DNA of 64,000 bases from Candidatus Saccharimonadales bacterium (GCA_038206875.1 JBBRAK010000006.1:253-64252); one strand, 5' to 3'. Shown: positions 36,923-47,217, numbered from the stretch's first letter. Made by a program: numbers and translations. Notes: generated by a model from the sequence alone, not told the origin.

Positions 36923-37489
36923 CTACAGTTTTGGTGAAGGTTCTTCTGGTTGGTCAACTTTTTCATCAGATGCTTGTGTGTCTGATGCGGGTTCAACATC
37001 CGTAACTTCTTCGGGGTTTGATTCCGGTTCTGGTGCTTTGTCTTCGGCGTCTGAATCTACAACCGTTTCAGCTTCGGTTACTTCCACTGCTGGTTCATCA
37101 CCTACATCTGTTGGTGATACAGTTTGCTCGGGCTTTGTTTCTACGGGTGTTTCTGCTTCTGGAGCTTTTGGTTCTGGCGGTCTAGTACTACGACGTTTTT
37201 CAACGTTTTTGGTTTTGCTAGATTTTTTGTCTGGCATTTCGACCCATTTGGGCAGTTTGACTCCTTCTGATTTCAAAAGTCTAATCACACGCTCAGATGG
37301 TTGCGCGCCGTGCTCCAAATAAAAACTGGCTTTTTCTTTGTTTAGTGATGTTTCTTTTGTATGAGGATCAAAGTGGCCTAAACTAGCTACTAATTTTCCA
37401 CTGGTTGGGGTCCGGCGTGAGTCTTGGACTACTACGCGGAATTGAGCGTGGCCTTTGCGACCTGTACGCTGCATGCGAATGACTAACAT
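36923..37489 (-). CDS. rpsP: 30S ribosomal protein S16 with ~100-aa acidic/proline-rich C-terminal extension
   Basis: MLVIRMQRTGRKGHAQFRVVVQDSRRTPTSGK is a canonical S16 N-terminus. At 188 aa the protein is about twice the usual size. Confidence 0.95.
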   Translation of the reverse strand: MLVIRMQRTGRKGHAQFRVVVQDSRRTPTSGKLVASLGHFDPHTKETSLNKEKASFYLEHGAQPSERVIRLLKSEGVKLPKWVEMPDKKSSKTKNVEKRRSTRPPEPKAPEAETPVETKPEQTVSPTDVGDEPAVEVTEAETVVDSDAEDKAPEPESNPEEVTDVEPASDTQASDEKVDQPEEPSPKL

Positions 37490-37566
37490 TCTATATCTCT
37501 CTTTCCCTGTTAATAATTAATGTACAGACTGTCTATTCTACAGATAGCCACCCCAGTTGTCAACAA

Positions 37567-38436
37567 TTGATGATATACTTTGCGCATATGATTACTGTTT
37601 TGGCTTATATTTTTTATTTTGCCGCCGCTTCGGCATCGCCACTTCAAAGACGTTGGCTTTCCACAACTACAAGAGAACAATCTAGCCAGATCAACCTAGC
37701 TTTTCACACTATGCTAATTGTAGCTGTTTTGGGTTTGGGTCTACCGTTTTTCATACCTTTTTCAGTTCAAGGGAATTCACTACTTATAGTTTTGCTTTGT
37801 CTGGTTTGTGCAGTGTCTGGGGCGGCATATTTTATTACTCTCTACTCTGCCCAACGTCACGTTGAAGCGGGTATTACAAACCTGGTTGTAAACATTTATA
37901 CACCGGTAACGATTGTTCTGGCTACCTTATTACTTGGCGAGGGATTAAAGCCGATGCAAATAGTTGGGACAATTTTATTACTCGCTTCGGTGGTTATTGT
38001 GTCTAAGAAACATCGGATTGGAAAGTTCAGATTTGATAAATATTTTTTGATGATGATAGTGAGCGGTGTTTTGCTGGGAATAACGTTGACTGCAGAGCGA
38101 GGTTTGATGAAAACAACTGGGTTCAGTGCTGGCACTTTGTTTAGTTGGTGGTCACAGTGTATTGGACTGGGTGTTGTGGTCCTTTACGCCCGCAGTAAAA
38201 CCGTCTATAACAGGAAAGATACCCTCATAACAGGCGGACTAAAATTTTTGCAAGCGGTATCATGGGTGTCACTGATATACATAATCGGAAATTTAAGTGT
38301 GGTCTCCTCAGTCACAACATTTAAAATAGTGGTGATTTTTGGGGCTGCAGCCATTTGGCTAAATGAGCGAGAAGATTTGAAACGAAAAGTCGTTGGATGT
38401 TTTATTGCACTACTTGGCCTACTTCTCATGAAATAG
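37567..38436 (+). CDS. EamA/DMT family transporter
   Basis: 289 aa with about 10 TM helices in two halves, typical of the drug/metabolite transporter superfamily. The exact start is uncertain. Confidence 0.65.
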   Translation: MMIYFAHMITVLAYIFYFAAASASPLQRRWLSTTTREQSSQINLAFHTMLIVAVLGLGLPFFIPFSVQGNSLLIVLLCLVCAVSGAAYFITLYSAQRHVEAGITNLVVNIYTPVTIVLATLLLGEGLKPMQIVGTILLLASVVIVSKKHRIGKFRFDKYFLMMIVSGVLLGITLTAERGLMKTTGFSAGTLFSWWSQCIGLGVVVLYARSKTVYNRKDTLITGGLKFLQAVSWVSLIYIIGNLSVVSSVTTFKIVVIFGAAAIWLNEREDLKRKVVGCFIALLGLLLMK

Positions 38437-38438
38437 TT

Positions 38439-39134
38439 CTATTTGGTGTAGTTTTTTAGGGCAATTTGGGCGGCGGCTACTTGGGCGGATTGTTTACTTG
38501 GGCCGGTGCCTTGACCTTTGAGTTTCCCCTCGATATATGCGCCAACTGTGAAAATTTTGTCGTGATCTGGTCCTTCTTCGCTGATTACTTTATAGACCGG
38601 CGTGAAACCTTCACGACTCTGTGATAGCTCTTGCAACTGGCTTTTTGGGTCTTGCCATGAACCGGTTTCAAGAATGGACTGAAATGTACCTATCAGACTA
38701 TCGTTTATGAATTTTTTAGCACCATCGTAACCCTGGTCCAAATATATTGCACCGATTACTGCTTCGTATGAGTTGGCCAATATTTGGGCCCGAGCGCGTT
38801 CTGTACCACGCTTTTCACCCCTGCTCAGACGCAAAAGTGGCTCGAAATTGTACTTCAAAGCCGCCGCACCAATACTTTCAGTTCGGACGAGTGCACTGCG
38901 CCAGTTTGTCAGAATCCCCTCTGGATCATTGTGGTTTTCATATAAATATTCAGTAACAACCAGCTCCAGGACTGCGTCGCCCAAAAACTCCAAACGCTCG
39001 TTATGCTCGTGAACAGTTTTTTTGTGTTCGTTCACATAGGACCGGTGAGTAAAGGCCAGCACTAACAAATTTATGTCGTTGAAATTTACACCTAACGTTT
39101 CTGTAGCGAATTTTTGGTATATATTTGTATCCAT
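38439..39134 (-). CDS. rnc: ribonuclease III
   Basis: 231 aa with the signature ERLEFLGDAVLE and a C-terminal dsRBD (GPDHDKIFTV ... GQGTGPSKQSAQVAAA). Confidence 0.95.
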   Translation of the reverse strand: MDTNIYQKFATETLGVNFNDINLLVLAFTHRSYVNEHKKTVHEHNERLEFLGDAVLELVVTEYLYENHNDPEGILTNWRSALVRTESIGAAALKYNFEPLLRLSRGEKRGTERARAQILANSYEAVIGAIYLDQGYDGAKKFINDSLIGTFQSILETGSWQDPKSQLQELSQSREGFTPVYKVISEEGPDHDKIFTVGAYIEGKLKGQGTGPSKQSAQVAAAQIALKNYTK

Positions 39135-39629
39135 TTATTTTTGTTCTCTGATTTTTTTCATAGCAATTAGGATTAGTTTACTTATGTCTTCGTATTCAAT
39201 TTTTTCTAGTGCATCGGGAGCACTAAACCATTTAATACCGTTCATCCAATCTTCTGGCTTGAGTTTGTCTGTATCTCCAAGTGCTTTGACCATAAATATC
39301 TCTGTAGTCATGAGTACTAAACTATTTGTACGACGATAGCGAAAATGAATTTTGCCAAGCCAGTCTAATACTTTCATCTCTTGTAGGCCTGTTTCTTCTT
39401 GAATTTCTCGTTCGGCAGTTTGTTTGGCCGTTTCGCCTTCTTCTATGTGGCCTTTGGGTATTGTCCAACGGTTTTTAGCATCTTGGATAAGTAGGATTTC
39501 TAGCTGTTTTTTGGAATTGTGCCGGTATATCACGCCCCCGGCGGTTGGTTCGCGTACAACTTCGTTGATAGCTGGTTTGCGCTTACTAACAAACTTTCTA
39601 AAACCTTGGATTGGTTTGGGCCTTTTCAT
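39135..39629 (-). CDS. NUDIX hydrolase
   Basis: 164 aa with the Nudix box GHIEEGETAKQTAEREIQEETG. Confidence 0.85.
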   Translation of the reverse strand: MKRPKPIQGFRKFVSKRKPAINEVVREPTAGGVIYRHNSKKQLEILLIQDAKNRWTIPKGHIEEGETAKQTAEREIQEETGLQEMKVLDWLGKIHFRYRRTNSLVLMTTEIFMVKALGDTDKLKPEDWMNGIKWFSAPDALEKIEYEDISKLILIAMKKIREQK

Positions 39630-39631
39630 AA

Positions 39632-40114
39632 TTAGATTTTTGCTCCTTTCTTGGTAATCTTTTTCGTTGGTTTAGGGGATGTTTTGGATTCCTCAATCTG
39701 TTTTAGTAAAGTTCCTAGAACACCGTTAACAAATTTGGATGAATTGTCTCCGCCAAATGCTTTTGCTAGTTCTACCGCTTCGTTTATGACTACTTTTGGA
39801 GGAATATCCTTCGAGTGTACAAGTTCGTATGCGCCAATTCTGAGAACTATTCTATCCATGCGTGCAATCTGTGAAATCGGCCATTCAGGAGCCAATGGCT
39901 GAAGCTGTAGGTCGATCTGTTCAGCTTTTTTTGTAACCCCATGTACAAGTGCGCTTATGAAATCACGATCATCAACGGTTTCATGATACCTATGAATATT
40001 TCTAGCCAGTACCTCGCTCAGGACAAAATTTGAATCTCCACATTCACGACGAAACTCTTGCTCGTAAAGTGTTTGGAGGGCGATTATTCGACCGAGATGT
40101 CTGTTAGCACTCAT
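39632..40114 (-). CDS. nusB: transcription antitermination factor NusB
   Basis: 160 aa. [13 protein letters not shown] and [23 protein letters not shown] are typical NusB blocks. Confidence 0.9.
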   Translation of the reverse strand: MSANRHLGRIIALQTLYEQEFRRECGDSNFVLSEVLARNIHRYHETVDDRDFISALVHGVTKKAEQIDLQLQPLAPEWPISQIARMDRIVLRIGAYELVHSKDIPPKVVINEAVELAKAFGGDNSSKFVNGVLGTLLKQIEESKTSPKPTKKITKKGAKI

Positions 40115-40166
40115 TTGTTAATTTTCCGTTTATAGTCCTATTATACGCCCAAAACTGGGTTGCTTG

Positions 40167-40373
40167 TCAGACTTTTGCAGATTTTGCCTGTGATTTATGT
40201 ACGGATTTTTTGGCAGGTTTTACTATGGCACTTAAGGCCTTGCCAGACTCTTTTCTTGTAGTAAACACCTTTACAGGGCTTTTTCCATTTACCGCTCGTG
40301 CTAACTTGAGAACCAAATGGCTTCTTCTACTGCCAGTACGACGGGATGACGTTCGTTTTTTGGGCTTACCCAT
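40167..40373 (-). CDS. rpmF: 50S ribosomal protein L32 (extended basic C-terminus)
   Basis: 68 aa. The N-terminus GKPKKRTSSRRTGSRRSH fits the L32 pattern (K-x-S-x-S-R-x-x-x-RR-S-H). Confidence 0.6.
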   Translation of the reverse strand: MGKPKKRTSSRRTGSRRSHLVLKLARAVNGKSPVKVFTTRKESGKALSAIVKPAKKSVHKSQAKSAKV

Positions 40374-40468
40374 AAAAAACAGATCTCCTTGAATATTTAT
40401 ACTACTAAACTTACGTTTATATTACCGGAAAAATTGCTTTTTTTCAACCTGTTAATCTAACATGACGC

Positions 40469-42916
40469 CTATACTACAAAATTAACAAGCTTGCCTGGCA
40501 CATAGATTATCTTTTTTATGTCTCCGGCTAAATATTTACTAACATTAGGGTGATTAGATGCATTTGCTTCGATTTGTTGTTGACTAAGCGAATCTGGGAC
40601 AAGATCAAAGGTTGCACGCAGTTTTCCGTTTACTTGAATTGCTATGGTTATTCTTTGTTGTGCGATAATTGATTCAGTCCAAGTTGGCCAGGTCGACGTA
40701 TGAATTGAATCATTGTGCCCTATTTCGTGCCATAATTCTTCAGTAATATGAGGTGCAAATGGGGCTAAAAGTTGCAGTAATGTTTCAATGCTGTCACGCC
40801 AAGTGCCAGAGGCTCCATAAAAAGATAGTTTCACTTTAATGGCATACATCTCGTTGATTAATTCCATCAGAGAAGAAATCGCTGTATTGAAACCCAGATT
40901 CATTAAATCTTCAGTAACTTTTTTAGTTGTCCTGTTCACGGCAAGTTTTAGTTGACCAACGAATTCTGCTTGCTCTTGTACTGGCTTACTTGAGGTATCG
41001 TCTAGAAATTCATGCGTAATCGTCCAAACGCGTTGCAGAAACCTAAAAGAGCCACCCATGCCTTCGACGCTCCAGTTTGCAGACTGATTCCATGGCCCTA
41101 TGAATAGTTCCATTATGCGTATGCTATCGGCACCGTAACCCTGGTTGATAATGCTATCAGGTTCAATTGTATTGCCTTTACTTTTGCTCATCTTCTGACC
41201 ATCTGGAGCCAGAATCATGCCATGGTTTCTAAGTGTTTTAAAGGGTTCTTGAAAATTAACTAGTCCCTCGTCATACATAACTTTTGTCCAAAATCGAGCA
41301 TATAGTAGGTGCATCACGGCATGTTCAGCGCCACCTATGTAGTCATCTACTGGTAACCAAAATTTGGCTTTTGCGGGGTCAAAAGCTTTTTTGGAGTTTT
41401 GCGGGTCTGCAAATCTTAGGAAATACCAACTTGAACAGGCAAATCCATCCATGGTGTCTGTCTCGCGCTCTGCAGGGCCACCACACTTCGGGCAAGTTGT
41501 GTTTACAAACTCTGCCACATTTGCCAACGGACTTTTTCCATCGCCACTTGGTTCATAGCTCTTAACTTCTGGTAAAACTACCGGCAATTGGTCTTCTGGA
41601 ACCGCCACTGCACCGTCTTTAGGGCAATGAATAATTGGGATTGGTGCGCCCCAGTAGCGTTGTCGGCTTATCAGCCAGTCCCGGATTTTGTAATTTACTT
41701 TTTCTTTGGCAAAATTTTTGGATACAAAATCTTTCAATATCTTTTCTCGCATAGCTTCTGAGCGCATACCATTGTATGGGCCTGAATTTACTACCACTCC
41801 TTCTGAGTGAAAGTCGGATTTTGAATCAGTTTCTAAAACTTGTCTAATTTCTAGTCCGAACTTTTTGGCAAATTCATAGTCCCGGTCATCATGAGCAGGT
41901 ACTCCCATGACAGCACCGCTACCATAACCCATGAGCACATAGTCTGCTACCCAAATTGGTATTTTTTCGTCGTTGGCAGGATTTATGGCAAAGGCTCCCG
42001 TGAAGACACCGGTTTTTTGTTTGCCTTCCTCAGCTTGTCGTTCAATGTCGCTTTTTGCAGTGGCAATTTTTACGTATTCTTGGACTGTTTGTTTGTTTTC
42101 AGCGATTGTAATTTGTTTTACCAATGGATGTTCAGGTGCCAAAACCAAAAAAGTAACGCCATACTGCGTGTCGTGACGCGTGGTAAATATTGAGAGTTTT
42201 CCATGATTTACAATTTTGAAATCTATCTCAGCGCCAGCACTTTTACCAATCCAATTACGTTGCATTGCTTTGATGCCCTCTGACCAATCTAGGTCCTCTA
42301 AACCTTCAAGTAGCCTGTCTGCGTATTCTGTGATTTTGAAAAACCACTGCCTGAGTGATTTTTTTTCGACTTCGCTCCCACAACGCCAACATTTGCCTGC
42401 CTCTACCTGTTCGTTTGCCAATACTGTTTTGTCTACTGGGCACCACCACTGTAAACTTTCCTGCTGATACGCCAAACCGCGTTTGTAAAGTAGCAGAAAG
42501 AACCACTGCGTCCATTTATAATATTTTGGGTCGGTGCTGTCTATTTCCCGTGACCAATCATAACTAAAGCCCATTTGCATAAGCTGTTTTTTGAACTTGG
42601 TCGTGTTTTCGTCTACCGCTTTGCGAGGGCTTATCCCAGATTTGATAGCATAGTTTTCGGCAGGCAAACCAAAAGCGTCCCAACCCATGGGGTGCAAAAC
42701 GTTGTAACCACTCATCCGAGCATGCCTGGATATAACGTCACCTATAGTGTAATTCCGTACGTGCCCTACGTGCATTGCTGCCCCGGAAGGATATGGAAAA
42801 TACTCCAAAACATACTTTTTTGATTTTTCAGAATCATCAGATGCTTTGTAAATACCGTCTGATTCCCACTGTTTCTGCCATTTAGTCTCAATATCTTTTG
42901 GATTGTAACGCTTCAT
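40469..42916 (-). CDS. leuS: leucine--tRNA ligase
   Basis: 815 aa with YPSGAAMHVGHVRNY (HIGH region), the CP1 editing domain and QKMSKSKGN (KMSKS). Confidence 0.97.
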   Translation of the reverse strand: MKRYNPKDIETKWQKQWESDGIYKASDDSEKSKKYVLEYFPYPSGAAMHVGHVRNYTIGDVISRHARMSGYNVLHPMGWDAFGLPAENYAIKSGISPRKAVDENTTKFKKQLMQMGFSYDWSREIDSTDPKYYKWTQWFFLLLYKRGLAYQQESLQWWCPVDKTVLANEQVEAGKCWRCGSEVEKKSLRQWFFKITEYADRLLEGLEDLDWSEGIKAMQRNWIGKSAGAEIDFKIVNHGKLSIFTTRHDTQYGVTFLVLAPEHPLVKQITIAENKQTVQEYVKIATAKSDIERQAEEGKQKTGVFTGAFAINPANDEKIPIWVADYVLMGYGSGAVMGVPAHDDRDYEFAKKFGLEIRQVLETDSKSDFHSEGVVVNSGPYNGMRSEAMREKILKDFVSKNFAKEKVNYKIRDWLISRQRYWGAPIPIIHCPKDGAVAVPEDQLPVVLPEVKSYEPSGDGKSPLANVAEFVNTTCPKCGGPAERETDTMDGFACSSWYFLRFADPQNSKKAFDPAKAKFWLPVDDYIGGAEHAVMHLLYARFWTKVMYDEGLVNFQEPFKTLRNHGMILAPDGQKMSKSKGNTIEPDSIINQGYGADSIRIMELFIGPWNQSANWSVEGMGGSFRFLQRVWTITHEFLDDTSSKPVQEQAEFVGQLKLAVNRTTKKVTEDLMNLGFNTAISSLMELINEMYAIKVKLSFYGASGTWRDSIETLLQLLAPFAPHITEELWHEIGHNDSIHTSTWPTWTESIIAQQRITIAIQVNGKLRATFDLVPDSLSQQQIEANASNHPNVSKYLAGDIKKIIYVPGKLVNFVV

Positions 42917-42972
42917 AACTGAGTTATTGTATCTTATCAGAGGTAGCTTGACTATAGAAAGCCAGGTTGATG

Positions 42973-43998
42973 TTACAAATGCCTACGATACTTGCGAATA
43001 GTCTCTACGCCTAGATTTGGCAAGTATTTTGGCCAATTTAACACGAGGTCTCTGGCGTGTAGATATTCCACATCGCTACCCTTAAACCCACGCTTAAAGA
43101 CAGATACGCCGTAAAATCTATGGTTTGTCTGCTCAGGCAAGACTACGCCCCAGAAATTATAACGACCCATGCCACGGCTCTTGGCTTCTTTTATAGCTTC
43201 CCATTGTATGGCGTACGCGCCTGGCTCTTTTCGGCCCAGTTCGGTACTAGCACCATAGTGATAGGCAGCTTCTTGATTATAAAAAATTACAAAAGCCATA
43301 GCTATTAGTTTACCGTCGGCTGTTTCGGCACGATACAAAAGAGCCTTACCAGCTCCGCTAAATACTTTGAACTGTTCTTGCAGGAATTTTTTACCATAGG
43401 GCACAAAACCATGACGTTTAGCGGTCTGGAGTTGCAAGTCATAGAACTCATCAACTGCACTAGGAGTAGTCGTAGACCTGACAACAATACCACGTTTTTT
43501 GGCTTGCTTAAGCTCATATCGGGTATTTTTTCTAAACTCGTCACGCAACTCATTTTCAGTTTTGGTGATGTCTAGCTGTGAAGTCAACTCTGCATGCAAG
43601 TGCATTTTAGCCCGCCGAAAGCCAAAGGAGGTAAACATCTTGCTGTTGTCCAGGTTTTCAACTATTTGTGGTCGTACCCGTACAAATACACAGCTTTCTT
43701 TGATACCGAGCGTTTTCATATCATCAATAACTGCCTTGACTAGTAATTTGTCTTGCCAATCAATAATTGGACCGCCTGGCACAGTCAGGTATCGGGCTCG
43801 ACGAGCCGGCTCCACTATGGCAAGCATTACGCCGACCAAAGCCCCATCCCTGAAGAAGCCCTGTCTAAACACTTGACGCCCAATCAAAATATTAAATTCA
43901 CCCCAAAGCCATGATTGCAAAAAGTTTGCTTCTGGGTGGGTTTGAATAAATCCCTCCCACAAACTAGCGTCGTTGATTGGTTCTATTGTGATAGCCAT
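42973..43998 (-). CDS. FemAB-family aminoacyl-tRNA-dependent peptidoglycan peptidyltransferase
   Basis: Start set to the ATG at 43998 (MAITIEPINDASLWEGF). FLQSWLWGEF and YHYGAST are typical of the FemX/FemAB/MurM family. 16-nt overlap with the DegT gene. Confidence 0.8.
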   Translation of the reverse strand: MAITIEPINDASLWEGFIQTHPEANFLQSWLWGEFNILIGRQVFRQGFFRDGALVGVMLAIVEPARRARYLTVPGGPIIDWQDKLLVKAVIDDMKTLGIKESCVFVRVRPQIVENLDNSKMFTSFGFRRAKMHLHAELTSQLDITKTENELRDEFRKNTRYELKQAKKRGIVVRSTTTPSAVDEFYDLQLQTAKRHGFVPYGKKFLQEQFKVFSGAGKALLYRAETADGKLIAMAFVIFYNQEAAYHYGASTELGRKEPGAYAIQWEAIKEAKSRGMGRYNFWGVVLPEQTNHRFYGVSVFKRGFKGSDVEYLHARDLVLNWPKYLPNLGVETIRKYRRHL

Positions 43999-45158
43999 TG
44001 GTTTACCTTTTCTGCCAGTGCTTGGGCCTGCTCGACGTTGATATTTATATGTGTTGGAAGATTTACCATGTGTTCGGCCACATATTCTGCTTCTGGACAT
44101 TGTCCCAGATGATATTCTGTATGTTCTTGATATCGTTTTGGAGCAATAACTGCATCATACCAGGGTTGTGCAATATAAATGCCTGCTTGTTTTAGGTGTG
44201 CTTCTAGCTTGCGTGGCTCCTCGACTAATAGCGGAAATCGAATATACAATGAGCCTTCTAGATGTGGTATTTGAACTTTTTGAGGAAGTGACTCTCTGTA
44301 TATTGTTGCAATTTTTTGTCGATGTTCAATATCTTCTGGCAAAGAATTGATTGCTCTTTGGGCAAGCTTTGCCTGACGATTTGGCAAATTTCGTATAATT
44401 TTTGGGTCACCGGACAACTGGTTTGGTAGAAATTTTAAAATCTTAAGAAGCCTTAGCCATATTTTTCCTATCCAAAAACTATGTGTCTTTCTAATTATAA
44501 GTGTATTAAGCGGGTACCAATAAGCCTGCAGTTTTTGCCACATACTCACCGACACATAATGCGGTTCAAATGATTTTTTTTGAAAAAGAATAGCTGCACC
44601 ACCCGAAACTGCATCGATAATTTTGTCCTGGCTGAACGAAAAGGCAGCTCCATTTCCAACCGTACCGGCTGTTTCACCAGTTGGATATATAAGGCCAGCG
44701 CTATGTGCCAAGTCTTCTACCAGAAACAGCTTTTGGTCTAAACAAAAACGCCGTATGCCTTCCATGGGAGACGGCATGCCAAGAGTATTTTGAATAATCA
44801 CGGCCCTGATGGTTGGCTCTTTTTTGACAGCTGATTTGAGCATTTCTGTTGTAAAGTTAAGGTCGTTTTTTGATATGTCCAGCAGATATGGTTTTAGCCC
44901 AGCCGCAATTACTGCCTGATAGACCACATAGCATGTATAGCCGTTAATGGCTACGTGACTGCCTGCAGGCAATTGTAGTTGTTGCAAGATTAGTGTAATA
45001 GCCTCGCGACATTTGAAAGTTAAAAATACTTCGTCAGATTTGTAGTCTTTCTGTAGATGTGTTTCTAGTTTTTCGGCGCTGTTTGATTGCACTGGTAGTA
45101 GTGAGCGCCACGTCTGTCTGGCTGAATAGTTTGATCCCAAGGAATTAAAAATACTCAT
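43983..45158 (-). CDS. DegT/DnrJ/EryC1/StrS family PLP-dependent aminotransferase
   Basis: 391 aa. VEDLAHSAG and the candidate PLP-lysine block SFSQDKIIDAVSGGA. 4-nt overlap with the upstream hydrolase gene. Confidence 0.75.
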   Translation of the reverse strand: MSIFNSLGSNYSARQTWRSLLPVQSNSAEKLETHLQKDYKSDEVFLTFKCREAITLILQQLQLPAGSHVAINGYTCYVVYQAVIAAGLKPYLLDISKNDLNFTTEMLKSAVKKEPTIRAVIIQNTLGMPSPMEGIRRFCLDQKLFLVEDLAHSAGLIYPTGETAGTVGNGAAFSFSQDKIIDAVSGGAAILFQKKSFEPHYVSVSMWQKLQAYWYPLNTLIIRKTHSFWIGKIWLRLLKILKFLPNQLSGDPKIIRNLPNRQAKLAQRAINSLPEDIEHRQKIATIYRESLPQKVQIPHLEGSLYIRFPLLVEEPRKLEAHLKQAGIYIAQPWYDAVIAPKRYQEHTEYHLGQCPEAEYVAEHMVNLPTHININVEQAQALAEKVNQWLSQ

Positions 45159-45853
45159 TTGCCTTCTACCTTGAGCGACTTTACTATAATTTCAAACACT
45201 TCGTGGGGGTGACTGGAGTGTGGCGAGTGACCAGCGCCCTTAATAATCGTAAGCGGAGCGTTATGCAGTTTTATTTGAAGCTTATAGGCATCTGCAAGAG
45301 GCGTGGACTTGTCTTGTTGTCCCCAGATTAACTGTACTGGAACACGGACATTAGCAAGATTGAGTATTTTATCTGCGGATAACATATTTTTCATGGTTTC
45401 TTTCATATGCACTGGAGCCTGGTAGTAGTCCTTGGAGCCGATTACTTTGTAAAAAATCTTTTTTACTCCTGGAATTACAGTTAAGGGTTTGCCAATTTTT
45501 GCAAGAATTTTATATATACCTCGTTTTGTTTTACTCATAGAACCACCGTGATATATGCCCGCACTATCTATTAAGATTAGCTCGCCTAGAGTGTCTGGAT
45601 ATCTACTCGCAAAGTTGAGCGCTATGCGTCCTCCGTTGGAGTGACCAATAACTATTGGCTTGGTTTCCCCTCGCAGTTCCTTTCTCAGCCACGTTACGTA
45701 GCCATTAATGTCCCAAGCCTTGTCACTATCCGTTGTCAGCCCCGGTACTTGCAACTGTTTAACTATTACACCCTCTGTTCGTAACAATTCGCATAACTCT
45801 GTCCACATCGTCAGTGTGTAAGTCCAGCCATGGATTATAAATACTTTTTTCAC
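45155..45853 (-). CDS. alpha/beta hydrolase
   Basis: Nucleophile elbow GHSNGG and a C-terminal GAGHSPH. I prefer the GTG at 45853 (VKKVFIIHGW), which forms a TAGTG overlap with the Mur-ligase stop. The ORF extends to 45892. Confidence 0.7.
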   Translation of the reverse strand: MKKVFIIHGWTYTLTMWTELCELLRTEGVIVKQLQVPGLTTDSDKAWDINGYVTWLRKELRGETKPIVIGHSNGGRIALNFASRYPDTLGELILIDSAGIYHGGSMSKTKRGIYKILAKIGKPLTVIPGVKKIFYKVIGSKDYYQAPVHMKETMKNMLSADKILNLANVRVPVQLIWGQQDKSTPLADAYKLQIKLHNAPLTIIKGAGHSPHSSHPHEVFEIIVKSLKVEGK

Positions 45854-47133
45854 TATTTTCCCAGCCCCCAAGTGGCCCGCTTCTTGTCCCACAACTTGCC
45901 ACGACGCACTAGTTGCTCCGCGTCAGCCCTACGTGCTAATAATGGCTCAATAACTCCCTCCAAGTAGCGAACCCCCTTAAACAAAACAGTTTCTCCTCCT
46001 TTAAGATTTTCTAACAAATACTCTAAAACCTGTTTTGGTTCAGTAAAAACAACCAGCTTAGTGTTTTTATCAAGGCCTTTTGCGAGTAACGGCGCTGCGT
46101 GCTTAGCTATACGTGGACCGATCAAAATAATACGATCCAGTCTGACGCCTAGGAATGCCTGCGGAATCTTCTTGTGCTCAGCTTCCTCTTCATCACCTTG
46201 TTCTAGCAAGTCCCCTACAACCGCCCATTTGTGTTCTCCAGGAAAGTCGTTAAATACCTGTAACACCGAACGTAAGCTGTCTATATTTGAATTATTATAT
46301 GTGCTATCAAAAAGAGTAGTGCCTCGAATACCCTCAAAAGTATTACTGCGTCCTGGTGGCATGCGAAAATTTACGTATGAATAATCTGGCTGTTTACCAA
46401 GGTGTCTAACCAAGGCGTCAGCCATAGCAACTTGGTAAAAATTGTCTCGAGGTAGTAGCGCTGGAATCTGATATGTCAAATCGCCAAAACTAAATTTGGT
46501 CATATCTTTGGTGAGGCTATATTCTTTTAAATCACCGATGTTTACATATTTCACATCCGCCTGAACTCGTTTGGACTCTTCGCGCATAAAAGAGTTATCA
46601 CCATCCAAGACAACCAAATCAGTCGTAGCGGCTGCCATGTTACCGTATTCATGCGCTACTGCCTCGCGAACAGTTTTGAAATTACCACTTCTAACCATGC
46701 TATCGTACCCAGCTGTATGTGAATTCAAAGCACTCACCCATAACGTTACTGCTGGATGCAAGAGTTGAGCCAAAAACTGTGCTTCAAAAGGACGATCTGC
46801 ATCGACTTCGACCACATATAAACTTTGCTTATAAGGGCGCTTAAGTAAAGCCAACGGAGCCAGCACGAACAGACCAAACCACTCTGCCCGAGATTGTTGA
46901 ATTGCCTGTAAGCCAAGGATATCAAAGGGTATACCAAATGAACTATTAGCATGGTGGGAATAGTGCGCTGATTCGCCAAGTTGCGCTTCCACAAGATGAA
47001 GCAAAGTAGTCTTACCCGCAGAGCCAGTGATTACAATCACCTTAGGACCCCAGCGTTTTAGTTGAATTGTGGCCCAGAATCTAAAGTAACGTGCAATCAA
47101 AAAATAGACACGCTTTTTTACTGTTTGGAACAT
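45853..47133 (-). CDS. Mur ligase family protein (MurF/MurT-like, short N-terminus)
   Basis: 426 aa. ATP-binding loop VIVITGSAGKTTLL followed by Mur-ligase middle and C-terminal domain features. First gene of a four-gene overlapping operon. Confidence 0.7.
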   Translation of the reverse strand: MFQTVKKRVYFLIARYFRFWATIQLKRWGPKVIVITGSAGKTTLLHLVEAQLGESAHYSHHANSSFGIPFDILGLQAIQQSRAEWFGLFVLAPLALLKRPYKQSLYVVEVDADRPFEAQFLAQLLHPAVTLWVSALNSHTAGYDSMVRSGNFKTVREAVAHEYGNMAAATTDLVVLDGDNSFMREESKRVQADVKYVNIGDLKEYSLTKDMTKFSFGDLTYQIPALLPRDNFYQVAMADALVRHLGKQPDYSYVNFRMPPGRSNTFEGIRGTTLFDSTYNNSNIDSLRSVLQVFNDFPGEHKWAVVGDLLEQGDEEEAEHKKIPQAFLGVRLDRIILIGPRIAKHAAPLLAKGLDKNTKLVVFTEPKQVLEYLLENLKGGETVLFKGVRYLEGVIEPLLARRADAEQLVRRGKLWDKKRATWGLGK

Positions 47134-47217
47134 CCCTCTATTTTACCCTAAATACTACTCTATAAGTAAAAATCGTTCTATACATGACGACTTCAATTTG
47201 TTAGCATACTTAGCGAT

